A stretch of DNA of 64,000 nucleotides from Bacteroidota bacterium (GTDB lineage Bacteria > Bacteroidota > Bacteroidia > Bacteroidales > ML635J-15): NCBI GenBank assembly GCA_029564465.1, contig JAKQPY010000096.1, forward strand, positions 15,025 to 79,024, in the 5' to 3' direction. Shown in pieces: positions 25,996-34,570 of this stretch. Under the pieces are notes generated by a model. It saw only the letters and a list, made by a program, of their open reading frames with translations. It was not told the origin of the DNA and ran no database searches. How positions within the stretch are numbered: the stretch's first letter is position 1; each line of letters starts with the position of its first letter. The position numbers and the translations under genes are program-made.

Positions 25996-27858
25996 ATGAA
26001 TACACCGCTCGAAATAAACAAATCGAAAACAGCACCGTCACAGATATTTCTGCAAACGGGCACCTGTAGCATAGTTGCAGGTATAACCAAAACCAGGGAT
26101 GCATTTATTCAATACATCGAAAGTCATCAGATAGATGCCGACCTGATTGAGACCGGTTGTATGGGCATGTGTTCCAACGATCCGGTTGTCGATATTTTGA
26201 TTCCCGGAAGAAATAAAATCAGCTTTCGCAGGGTGATGCCATCGGATGTGGCTATTATATGCGACTGTATTTTCAATAATATTTTGCCGGAAAAAACCCA
26301 CATTCTGGGGCAGTACAAAAGCAACGACCGTTTTCCCTGGGAATTTGTTCCTTATATTGATGAACTCCCGTTTTTTGCGACACAAAAAAGAATACTTCTT
26401 TCCGGGATCGAAACAATCAGGCCCGATAGTGCCAGCGATTACGAAAGCCTTGGTGGTTTCACTGCCTTGCTCAAAGCCATCAGAACAATGACACCTGCAG
26501 CTGTCTGCAGCGAAATAGCCGAAAGTGGTCTGACCGGGCGCGGCGGCGGTGGATACAGCACTGGCAGTAAACTTCGGACGGTGTTGCAGCAGCATTCTTA
26601 CAAAAAATATTTGATATGCAATGCCGATGAAAGCGATCCGGGATCATTCTCGGGAAGATTACTCGTAGAAGCAAAACCTTTTTTACTCCTTGAGGGAATC
26701 ATCATTGCAGCCTATGCATCCGGGGCAAATCAGGCAATTATTTATATCCGCAACAAATACCGCTTATCTATTGATCGTTTGCAGCGTTGCATCCATCAGT
26801 TATATGAACTCAAGTGGCTGGGAGATGACATTTTAGACAGCGGAATAAACCTTCGGATCAGTATTTACGAAAGTCCGGGCGCCTTTGTTTGTGGCGAAGA
26901 AACAGCCCTGATTGAAAACCTTGAAGGGAACCGGGGGATGCCTCGTACCAAACCGCCTTATCCTGCCATCAGTGGCTTACATGGTATGCCTACCGTGGTA
27001 AACAATGTAGAGACACTGTGCAATATTCCTGCAATAATCAGCAATGGAGCCGCATGGTTTCGCAGCATTGGGAATAACAACACTACGGGAACCAAGTTAT
27101 TTTCTGTTTCAGGTAAAACCGAAATCGGGGGTGTAGTCGAGATCGAAATGGGCAGTACCATCAGACAGGTTATTGATGCATGTGGCGGACCTCAATCGCA
27201 TTCCGAAATAAAGGCAGTGCATCTGGGTGGACCGTCGGGAGGCTTGGTGCCTGTCGAAGACTTTGGGATTCCCCTAGACTACTATCATTTAGATAAACAA
27301 AAACTCTACCTGGGCTCGGGCAGCTTTGCCGTATTAGATCAGGAAAACTGTATTGTGAATACCTGCCGCTATTTTATGGAATTTATCGAGGGCGAAAGTT
27401 GTGGGAAATGTATTCCTTGCCGCGAAGGCTCACAGCGTATTACAGAAATCTTTAAAAGAATATCGAACAAACCCAACGATGCTGAGGAATTTGCCACACT
27501 ACTGCGTTTTAAGGGTGTGATGCAACTGGAACAGATGGCGGAAGTGATGCATGAAACATCATTGTGTGGTTTGGGTCAGCATGCGCCCAATGTGGTTACC
27601 ACTGCATTAAAACATTTCAGAGAAGAGTTTGAGGAGCATATTTTCGAGCGAAAATGCAGGGCAGGAGTATGTAAAAATCTTAAATCCTACTCGATAGACC
27701 ACACGGCATGCACCGGGTGTGGTATGTGTGCAAAACGCTGCCCTGCTGATGCAATTGCCGGTAGTTTGCGGCAAACACATTATATTATCAGCGAGCGCTG
27801 TATCGGATGCGGGATGTGTATGGAATCGTGTAAGTTTAACGCCGTTATTCTCAAATAA
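25996..27858 (+). CDS. NuoF/HydB-like NADH- and FMN-binding subunit with C-terminal 2x[4Fe-4S] ferredoxin domain
   Basis: GLTGRGGGGYSTGSK (FMN), CNADESDPGSF (NADH), ESCGKCIPCREG...LCGLGQ (N3-type 4Fe-4S), and C-terminal CTGCGMCAKRCP / CIGCGMCMESC. Confidence 0.9.
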   Translation: MNTPLEINKSKTAPSQIFLQTGTCSIVAGITKTRDAFIQYIESHQIDADLIETGCMGMCSNDPVVDILIPGRNKISFRRVMPSDVAIICDCIFNNILPEKTHILGQYKSNDRFPWEFVPYIDELPFFATQKRILLSGIETIRPDSASDYESLGGFTALLKAIRTMTPAAVCSEIAESGLTGRGGGGYSTGSKLRTVLQQHSYKKYLICNADESDPGSFSGRLLVEAKPFLLLEGIIIAAYASGANQAIIYIRNKYRLSIDRLQRCIHQLYELKWLGDDILDSGINLRISIYESPGAFVCGEETALIENLEGNRGMPRTKPPYPAISGLHGMPTVVNNVETLCNIPAIISNGAAWFRSIGNNNTTGTKLFSVSGKTEIGGVVEIEMGSTIRQVIDACGGPQSHSEIKAVHLGGPSGGLVPVEDFGIPLDYYHLDKQKLYLGSGSFAVLDQENCIVNTCRYFMEFIEGESCGKCIPCREGSQRITEIFKRISNKPNDAEEFATLLRFKGVMQLEQMAEVMHETSLCGLGQHAPNVVTTALKHFREEFEEHIFERKCRAGVCKNLKSYSIDHTACTGCGMCAKRCPADAIAGSLRQTHYIISERCIGCGMCMESCKFNAVILK

Positions 27859-27859
27859 G

Positions 27860-29515
27860 ATGCAAGTCGAAATTACAGTAAACCGTACTAAAATTCAGGC
27901 ACGCAAAGGCGAAACAATCCTGACGGCATTACAGCGTAACGGAATAAAAATACCAACCCTTTGCAATCTTCCTGAACTTACTCCCACAGGTGCCTGCCGG
28001 CTATGTGTGGTAGAGGATGAAGATACCCGGCATTTGATTCCAGCCTGCTCGACTCCGGTACAAACCGGAATGAAAATATTAACCCATTCACCCAAAGTAA
28101 TCAGAAGTCGCCAGACAATTATCGATTTACTCCTGACGAATCACCCGGACGATTGCCTTTACTGTGATAAAAACCGTCGTTGTGAGTTGCAGTCACTTTC
28201 CGAAGAACTTTATATAAGAGAAAGACTTTTTACCGGTGTTAAAAAGAAGGGTAAAACCGACCGTTCGAGTCAGGGCCTGGTATTCGACATGTCGAAGTGT
28301 ATTTTATGCGGACGCTGTGTAAAGGTATGCTCCGAAATTATAGGCGTTGCTGCCATAGACCATGTGTACCGTGGCAAGCGTTCGGTGGTAGATACCGTAT
28401 TGGGGAAAGGACTATATTATTCTTCCTGCATTCAATGCGGGCAATGCATCAACATTTGCCCGACAGGTGCCCTGCGCGAAAAATCGGCTATAGAACAAAT
28501 TGCTGCCAAAATTGGGCAGGAGTCTGTGAAAATATCGGTAATACTTTCGGCATCATCCGTGGCTTCGATAGCAGCCGTATTTGGAATCCGTAAGTTTGAA
28601 GAAATGACTGAAATGCTGGTGGCTGCTTTGAAAGACACCGGATTTTCTACAATAGTGACCGATAGCTTCGCATCCGATCTGTACTTTGCTGATGCCACAT
28701 CCCTGATTTGTGAGCGAATTGTGCAACCCGATTTTAAAATGGTAATTTCCGATTGCCCTGCTGCCATTCAATGGGTGAAGCAAAAACATCCTGAATTTGC
28801 CCATTTTTTGGTGCCTTTAAGATCACCACAGCAGATAACCGGTCGCATGTTAAAGCGGGAGACCAATGGTAGTAACAATATAGTGGTAGCCGTAATGCCA
28901 TGTATAGCACGTAAAACCGAAGCACTTCAACCCAATAACCTGACCCGCGGTTTGCCTGATATTGATTTTGTGGTTACCACACACGAATTACTTCATTTAC
29001 TCCGTACCCGCGGTGTGACCATGCCATTCCCCAAAAGATGCACCGTCGATAAACCATATAACATATACAGTTCTTGTTCTGTGTTGCACGAATATAATGG
29101 TGGTTTCGCTGAGTCTCTGGTCAGGAATCTGTTAAGTACGGAGGGGAAAAATTCTTTCGATAGTAAATATACCGAACTAAGGGTAAACAAACCTGTGAAA
29201 ACATTCGAAACCAGTATTTCGGGTCGCAACCTGAAGCTTGTTTCTCTTAATGGCATGCAGGCAATCAATGAGTATTTTTTGAAATATGTAACCGACAACA
29301 GTGTACATATAATCGAAATTTCGTCGTGCGTTGGAGGCTGTATCAACGGCAGCAGCCAGCTCGATAGTGAAGCAAGTATTTCGGGCAAGGTGTTACTCGA
29401 TTTCGAAAGTTCAGGTTTACTGCGTAATTCGGTGCAGAATGCCATAGTGAAAGGTATGAGTTCCGACAATGTGGTTAAGCCGATTACACGCTACGAATCA
29501 AATTCTGAATTGTGA
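27860..29515 (+). CDS. HydA-like protein: NuoG-type Fe-S N-terminus + [FeFe]-hydrogenase H-cluster domain with non-canonical motifs
   Basis: N-terminal plant-type 2Fe-2S (CNLPELTPTGACRLC), His-ligated cluster HPDDCLYCDKNRRCELQ, and 2x CxxCxxCxxxCP. H-domain motifs are SDCPAAIQW (28748-), MPCIARKTE (28895-28921) and EISSCVGGCINGSSQ (29315-29359). The ATG at 27860 is 1 nt after the nuoF-like stop. Confidence 0.8.
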   Translation: MQVEITVNRTKIQARKGETILTALQRNGIKIPTLCNLPELTPTGACRLCVVEDEDTRHLIPACSTPVQTGMKILTHSPKVIRSRQTIIDLLLTNHPDDCLYCDKNRRCELQSLSEELYIRERLFTGVKKKGKTDRSSQGLVFDMSKCILCGRCVKVCSEIIGVAAIDHVYRGKRSVVDTVLGKGLYYSSCIQCGQCINICPTGALREKSAIEQIAAKIGQESVKISVILSASSVASIAAVFGIRKFEEMTEMLVAALKDTGFSTIVTDSFASDLYFADATSLICERIVQPDFKMVISDCPAAIQWVKQKHPEFAHFLVPLRSPQQITGRMLKRETNGSNNIVVAVMPCIARKTEALQPNNLTRGLPDIDFVVTTHELLHLLRTRGVTMPFPKRCTVDKPYNIYSSCSVLHEYNGGFAESLVRNLLSTEGKNSFDSKYTELRVNKPVKTFETSISGRNLKLVSLNGMQAINEYFLKYVTDNSVHIIEISSCVGGCINGSSQLDSEASISGKVLLDFESSGLLRNSVQNAIVKGMSSDNVVKPITRYESNSEL

Positions 29516-31500
29516 TGGATCCAAAAAAAATAATATATACGGTCGAAGACCGATGTGAGGTTTGCTACAGTTGTGTGCGTGTTTGTCCAGCCAAGGCAAT
29601 CAGTATTAAAAACGGTCAGGCTCAAGTGATACACGAACGCTGTATTGCCTGTGGAAATTGTGTGAAAGTGTGTACCCGGGAAGCCAAGAGATTCAGGGAT
29701 TCAGCTGATGAACTGATTGAGATGCTCGGTGCGGGAGAATCAATAATTGCCTGTATCGCTCCCAGTTTCCCAGCCGAATTCAGAGAAGTTGCCGATTACA
29801 GATATGTTGTAGGTATGTTCCGTTCACTGGGATTCAGCAAGGTTGTTGAAGTTGCTTTTGGTGCCGATCTGGTAGCCAGGGAATATATTAAACTGCTTAA
29901 TGACCCCGACGGTAAAAAATTCATTTCTTCCGATTGTCCGGCAGTAGTAAACTATATTACCAAATATCACCCGCATCTTACCGAGAATCTGGCACCCATA
30001 GTATCGCCGGTGATGGCACTTGCCCGTGTTTTAAAAAAGGAATATGGTACAAAATATAAACTTGCTTTAATCAGTCCCTGTATTGCAAAGAAATCGGAAT
30101 CCAACGAAATTGATGTTGTTCTCACATTTAAAGAGATTCGCGAAGTATTCCGGATGAAAGGTATTGAGTACCAGCACTGTGAGCCTACGGAGTTTGATCC
30201 GCCGTTAAGTGGCCGTGGTGCCATTTTCCCTGTTTCGAGGGGCATCATTCAAACCATCAATGTTTCCGAAGATTATGTCGATGGGAATGTGGTGGTTGCC
30301 GATGGAAGGTTAAGTTTTAAAGAAGCCATCAATGAGTTCGACAATGGCCTGATTGCCGACCAGCATCTCGAGCTGCTTTGCTGCGAAGGTTGCATCATGG
30401 GGCCCGGAATGTCATCGCAGGGAAAGCCTTATCAAAGCCGGGCTTACGTAACCCGCTATGTAAAAGGCAAATTAAAAAACATCGACCGTAAGTATTGGAA
30501 AAGTCAGGTAAATAAGTACAAAACGCTCAATCTTCAACGCGAGTTTACTCCCGACGACTGCCGTGTAGTGTATCCTTCGCCCGATGAAATTATGAGCATT
30601 TGGAACTCGATGGGCAAAACCGAAGCCATCGACCGTCTCGATTGTCAGGCCTGTGGTTACGAATCGTGCAAAGAGCATGCCGTAGCCGTATTGCGAGGAC
30701 TGGCCGAAATCGACATGTGTTTACCTTATATGATAAAAAAACTTCACCAATCGATTGGTGAACTGAATTTAAAAAATCAAACCCTGGCTTCGGTGCAACA
30801 GGCATTAAAGCAAAGCGAAAAACTGGCCCATCTGGGGCAGTTGTCGGCAGGTATTGCCCATGAACTTAACAACCCGCTGGGTGTGGTAATTATGTACAGT
30901 AACATTCTTATTGACGAAGCAAAACCCGATGACCCACAGGTCGAAGACCTTAAAATGATTGCCGATCAGGCCTTACGCTGTAAAAACATTGTGGGCGGAT
31001 TATTGAATTTTGCACGTAAGAACAAATTGAAAGTCGATAATATCAATATAAGTTCATTAATCAATCGTTCACTGAAATCATTGGTAATACCGGATAATAT
31101 TAAGGTACATACTGCTTTTCAGCTCAAAAACGATCAGGCGGGTCTCGATGAAGAACAAATGATACAGGCATTAACAAATATTATTAAGAACGCTATTGAA
31201 GCCATGCCCGATGGGGGAAGCCTTAATGTCACGGTAAGCGACCGAAATGATATCATTAAAATTGATATTGCAGATACCGGAACAGGCATTGAACAGGAGC
31301 ACATGGATAAAATATTTACGCCGTTTTTTACCACCAAAGGACTTGGAAAAGGAACCGGACTGGGTATGCCTACCACTTACGGTATCATTAAAATGCATAA
31401 TGGGAAAATACACATCGAAACCAATGCAGATGCTGAAAGAGGTAATACCGGAACCACTTTTAGTATCGAAATTCCACGCTATAATAACCAAGTAAGTTGA
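29515..31500 (+). CDS. sensory-type [FeFe]-hydrogenase domain fused to a histidine kinase (HydS-like::HisKA-HATPase)
   Basis: 2x[4Fe-4S] (CEVCYSCVRVCP, CIACGNCVKVCT). H-domain motifs are SSDCPAVVNY, SPCIAKKSE and LLCCEGCIMGPG. Cx2Cx4C...C motif CQACGYESC...MC (30643-30720). Coiled coil, H-box AHELNNPL (His codon at 30859), N/G1/F/G2 boxes. Start is ATG 29515 (TGATG overlap) or GTG 29512. Confidence 0.8.
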   Translation: MDPKKIIYTVEDRCEVCYSCVRVCPAKAISIKNGQAQVIHERCIACGNCVKVCTREAKRFRDSADELIEMLGAGESIIACIAPSFPAEFREVADYRYVVGMFRSLGFSKVVEVAFGADLVAREYIKLLNDPDGKKFISSDCPAVVNYITKYHPHLTENLAPIVSPVMALARVLKKEYGTKYKLALISPCIAKKSESNEIDVVLTFKEIREVFRMKGIEYQHCEPTEFDPPLSGRGAIFPVSRGIIQTINVSEDYVDGNVVVADGRLSFKEAINEFDNGLIADQHLELLCCEGCIMGPGMSSQGKPYQSRAYVTRYVKGKLKNIDRKYWKSQVNKYKTLNLQREFTPDDCRVVYPSPDEIMSIWNSMGKTEAIDRLDCQACGYESCKEHAVAVLRGLAEIDMCLPYMIKKLHQSIGELNLKNQTLASVQQALKQSEKLAHLGQLSAGIAHELNNPLGVVIMYSNILIDEAKPDDPQVEDLKMIADQALRCKNIVGGLLNFARKNKLKVDNINISSLINRSLKSLVIPDNIKVHTAFQLKNDQAGLDEEQMIQALTNIIKNAIEAMPDGGSLNVTVSDRNDIIKIDIADTGTGIEQEHMDKIFTPFFTTKGLGKGTGLGMPTTYGIIKMHNGKIHIETNADAERGNTGTTFSIEIPRYNNQVS

Positions 31501-31501
31501 T

Positions 31502-31885
31502 ATGAAAACCCACACGATTCTCATTGCCGACGATGACTACGATTACCTTTATCAGATGTGTTATCACATAGAAGATGCAGGTTTTACTGTAATTAAGGCC
31601 AATAGTCAGGCAGAAGCAGAAGCCGTAATTGGTGAGCTAAAACCCGACCTTGCCCTTTTCGACTTAATGATGGAAAACCATGATAGCGGTTTTGTACTTG
31701 CCTATAAGATGAAAAAAACATATCCCGATGTGCCGGTAATTATTGCTACGGCTGTTGCCGGTGAGACCGGACTGAATTTCGGGAACGGAAATCAGGGAGG
31801 CTGGGTTAAAGCCGACAAATACCTTGAAAAAGGAACCAGTCCACAGGTAATCATCGAAATTATTAAACAAATGCTCGGAATATAA
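31502..31885 (+). CDS. single-domain response regulator (REC only)
   Basis: 127 aa. ILIADDD ... DLALFDLMM (acceptor Asp) ... PVIIATA ... K. No output domain. Confidence 0.85.
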   Translation: MKTHTILIADDDYDYLYQMCYHIEDAGFTVIKANSQAEAEAVIGELKPDLALFDLMMENHDSGFVLAYKMKKTYPDVPVIIATAVAGETGLNFGNGNQGGWVKADKYLEKGTSPQVIIEIIKQMLGI

Positions 31886-31886
31886 T

Positions 31887-33005
31887 ATGGAAAACCTGAA
31901 AATTCTTGTTGTTGACGACGAACCCGGCATTCGCATGGGTGTACACAGGGTACTCGATAAATTTGTGGTTGACTATCCCTTTATGGACGACTCCATAGGT
32001 TTTGATGTTGACGATGCCTCAACCGGTGAAGAAGCGCTCGAAAAATTGAACGCTGTTACTTACGACATAGTCTATCTCGACAATAAATTGCCGGGAATTC
32101 AGGGAATCGAAGTGCTCGAACATCTCAACAAGGCAAATCCTGCCACCAAGGTTATCATGATTACATCGTATGCCTCACTTGAGCTGGCTGTGCAGGCTAC
32201 CAAAATGGGAGCCCATGATTTTGTTCCAAAACCCTTCACACCACAGGATCTGCGCTCTTCTGCCGAGAATGTGACCAAACAGATATTCCTGAAAAGAATG
32301 ATGCAGAAAATGTATAAGGAAGGGAAACAAATCCGTTTCCAATTCTTGTCATTGTTGTCGCACGAATTGAAAGCCCCTTTGAATGCCATTGAGGGATATC
32401 TGAAAATAATGATTGAACAGAAAGAAGGTAAAGACATAGCCTCTTACGACAAAATGATCAGGCGTTCGCTTGACCGTGTTAAAGATATGCGCTCGCTTAT
32501 TTTTGATCTGCTCGACCTTACAAAGATTGAATCAGGTGAACTGGCAAAGAAAACCGAAGATCTCAATCTTTGTGAAGTATTGAAAAACTCGCTTTCGTCG
32601 ATTCAACCCATGGCAATACAAAAGGACATTACACTGGGTTGCAACCTGAGCTACCCGGTTATTTACAAAGCCGACCCGCGTGATATGGAAATCGTCTTCA
32701 ACAACCTGTTGTCGAATGCAGTAAAATACAATCGCCAGAATGGCTCAATTTCGTGCGCCGTATCCGACACAAGTACGCAAATTGAAGTCAGTATTTCCGA
32801 CACGGGTATTGGTATGACACCCGAAGAAATCGACAGAGTTTTCGGGGAATTTGTCAGAATTAAAAACGAAAACACACGCAATATTCCGGGAAGTGGCCTG
32901 GGATTGGCTATTGTTAAAAAAATTCTTGACAGTTATAACGCCTCCATCAGGGTGCAAAGCACTCCGGGCGAAGGCTCTGTATTTACAGTTACATTTAACA
33001 AATAA
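31887..33005 (+). CDS. hybrid REC-histidine kinase (N-terminal receiver, C-terminal HisKA + HATPase_c)
   Basis: ILVVDDEPGIR ... VYLDNKLPG ... FVPKPF (REC). H-box SHELKAPLN, N-box LLSNAVKYN, G-boxes DTGIGM / GSGLGL. Confidence 0.85.
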   Translation: MENLKILVVDDEPGIRMGVHRVLDKFVVDYPFMDDSIGFDVDDASTGEEALEKLNAVTYDIVYLDNKLPGIQGIEVLEHLNKANPATKVIMITSYASLELAVQATKMGAHDFVPKPFTPQDLRSSAENVTKQIFLKRMMQKMYKEGKQIRFQFLSLLSHELKAPLNAIEGYLKIMIEQKEGKDIASYDKMIRRSLDRVKDMRSLIFDLLDLTKIESGELAKKTEDLNLCEVLKNSLSSIQPMAIQKDITLGCNLSYPVIYKADPRDMEIVFNNLLSNAVKYNRQNGSISCAVSDTSTQIEVSISDTGIGMTPEEIDRVFGEFVRIKNENTRNIPGSGLGLAIVKKILDSYNASIRVQSTPGEGSVFTVTFNK

Positions 33006-33010
33006 TAACT

Positions 33011-33631
33011 ATGTTACCTGAAAAAACCACCGAACGTTTGAGCCAGTATCGCCGTCTGCTTCAGAACCTGTCGGACGAGGGGAAGGAATATATTTTTTCG
33101 CACGAAATTGCATTGATGTTGCACCTGACTCCCGTTCAGGTCCGTCGCGACATTATGCTTATCGGATATAACGGTTCACAACGAAAAGGCTATATCATTC
33201 ACGATCTGATTCAAAAACTCAGTCAGGTACTTGACTCGGAACAGTGTCAAAATGCTGCCGTTTTTGGGGTGGGTAATCTGGGCAAGGCGATTACCAGCTA
33301 TTTCAATGGCAAAGGTCATAATATTAATATTGTGGCTGCTTTCGACAGTGACCCGCAAAAAACCGACAGAATTATCTCGGGCGTTTGGTGTTACGATATT
33401 AAGCAAATAAAAGAGATTGTTAGCGAGAATAATATTTCGCTGGCCATTCTTACTCTGCCACCCCAATATGCCCAGGACATTACCGATAAGCTGGTTTATG
33501 CGGGAATTCGCGGAATACTCAATTTTACCAGTGTTCCACTAAGGGTGTCGCCCGATGTATATGTCGAAAATTACGACATGGTTACATCGCTCGAAAAACT
33601 GGCATACTATGTTAAAGAAATAAATCGTTAA
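33011..33631 (+). CDS. rex: redox-sensing transcriptional repressor Rex
   Basis: 206 aa. N-terminal winged helix (RLSQYRRLL...VQVRRDI..IGY) and a Rossmann fold (VFGVGNLGKAI...AAFDSDP...ILNFT), characteristic of Rex. Confidence 0.85.
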   Translation: MLPEKTTERLSQYRRLLQNLSDEGKEYIFSHEIALMLHLTPVQVRRDIMLIGYNGSQRKGYIIHDLIQKLSQVLDSEQCQNAAVFGVGNLGKAITSYFNGKGHNINIVAAFDSDPQKTDRIISGVWCYDIKQIKEIVSENNISLAILTLPPQYAQDITDKLVYAGIRGILNFTSVPLRVSPDVYVENYDMVTSLEKLAYYVKEINR

Positions 33632-33639
33632 GATATAGC

Positions 33640-34539
33640 ATGAAAGTACATTATAACTTCGATGATTTTGGAACAATCAAAAATCCAGTCGTTACCACGG
33701 GTTCTTTTGATGGCGTTCATACCGGGCACCGCGTGATAATTCAGCGCATTAATTTTTTGGCAAAAGCCATCGATGGCGAATCTGTTCTCATTACATTTTA
33801 CCCGCATCCACGTAAAATATTGTTTCCGAACGAGACTCAGGGCTTGTTCATGATTAACACACCGGACGAAAAAGAATACTTATTGTCGAATACAGGTCTA
33901 GATCACTTGTTTATTATCAACTTTACCATTGAGTTTTCGAAAACCCCATCCGAAGTTTTTGTCAAGGATATATTACTCGCAAAACTGGGTGCAAAAATTA
34001 TCGTGGTTGGGTTTAATCACCATTTCGGACATAATCGTCAGGGCGATTACCAGTACTTGTATCAACTAAGCAAGGTGGCAAACTTCAGGGTTGAAGAAAT
34101 TCCGCAACAGGATATCGAAAACGAAGCTGTAAGTTCAACCCGTATCCGTAAAGCCATACTCGAAGGGAAAATTGGCAGGGCCAACGCCTATCTGAATCAT
34201 CCGTTTTTCTTCATTACGCAACACCTGAAAGCGAGGAAAGCAGTGTTCGAAAATTTTTTACAATATACTGTTACCGATTTATTGCCGGAAAAAATTCTTC
34301 CTCCCTCTGGTAGGTATGCGGGTAAACTATTAAATGTCAATGGAATAACATATATTTTGTGTGATATTTTTGCTAACAGGTTATACTTTTACCTGAATGG
34401 TGATTTTGCTGATTCCGACATGAATAAGGGCATTATAGAACTGCATATGCAAATAAGAACATTTACTGATGAAGAAGATTTAAACATTTACGATAGCTTT
34501 ATGCCGGATGTTGTGTTTTTATCGGAATTGATTTATTAA
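33640..34539 (+). CDS. ribF: RibF-like FAD synthetase (FMN adenylyltransferase domain intact; riboflavin-kinase domain apparently degenerate)
   Basis: N-terminal motifs GSFDGVHTGH, TFYPHPR, VVGFNHHFG and SSTRIRK are present. In the C-terminal domain the expected G(R)xxGFPTAN reads KARKAVFENFLQ. Confidence 0.7.
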   Translation: MKVHYNFDDFGTIKNPVVTTGSFDGVHTGHRVIIQRINFLAKAIDGESVLITFYPHPRKILFPNETQGLFMINTPDEKEYLLSNTGLDHLFIINFTIEFSKTPSEVFVKDILLAKLGAKIIVVGFNHHFGHNRQGDYQYLYQLSKVANFRVEEIPQQDIENEAVSSTRIRKAILEGKIGRANAYLNHPFFFITQHLKARKAVFENFLQYTVTDLLPEKILPPSGRYAGKLLNVNGITYILCDIFANRLYFYLNGDFADSDMNKGIIELHMQIRTFTDEEDLNIYDSFMPDVVFLSELIY

Positions 34540-34570
34540 TATTGAGGTCTAATTTAAAAAAAAGCGAAGT

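Noticed and set aside
26038-26595. 185-aa minus-strand ORF inside the NuoF-like gene. Similar long antisense ORFs lie at 28993-29469, 34997-35599, 36868-37473, 37663-38385, 45982-46695 and 17288-17842.
   Set aside because: All lie antisense within genes that have strong family motifs. They have no motifs of their own and show atypical composition, so they are shadow ORFs.
27719-27859. Upstream extension of the HydA-like ORF into the NuoF-like gene
   Set aside because: It lies entirely inside the ferredoxin domain of the NuoF-like gene in another frame. The 2Fe-2S N-terminus starts at MQVEITVNR (27860), 1 nt after the upstream stop.
25509-29515. Interpreting the first three genes as a fragment of respiratory complex I (nuoEFG)
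   Set aside because: The third protein carries an [FeFe]-hydrogenase H-cluster domain (xxCP, MPCxxxKxE and CxxGC motifs) instead of the molybdopterin-like NuoG C-terminus. No nuoA-D or nuoH-N genes are adjacent.
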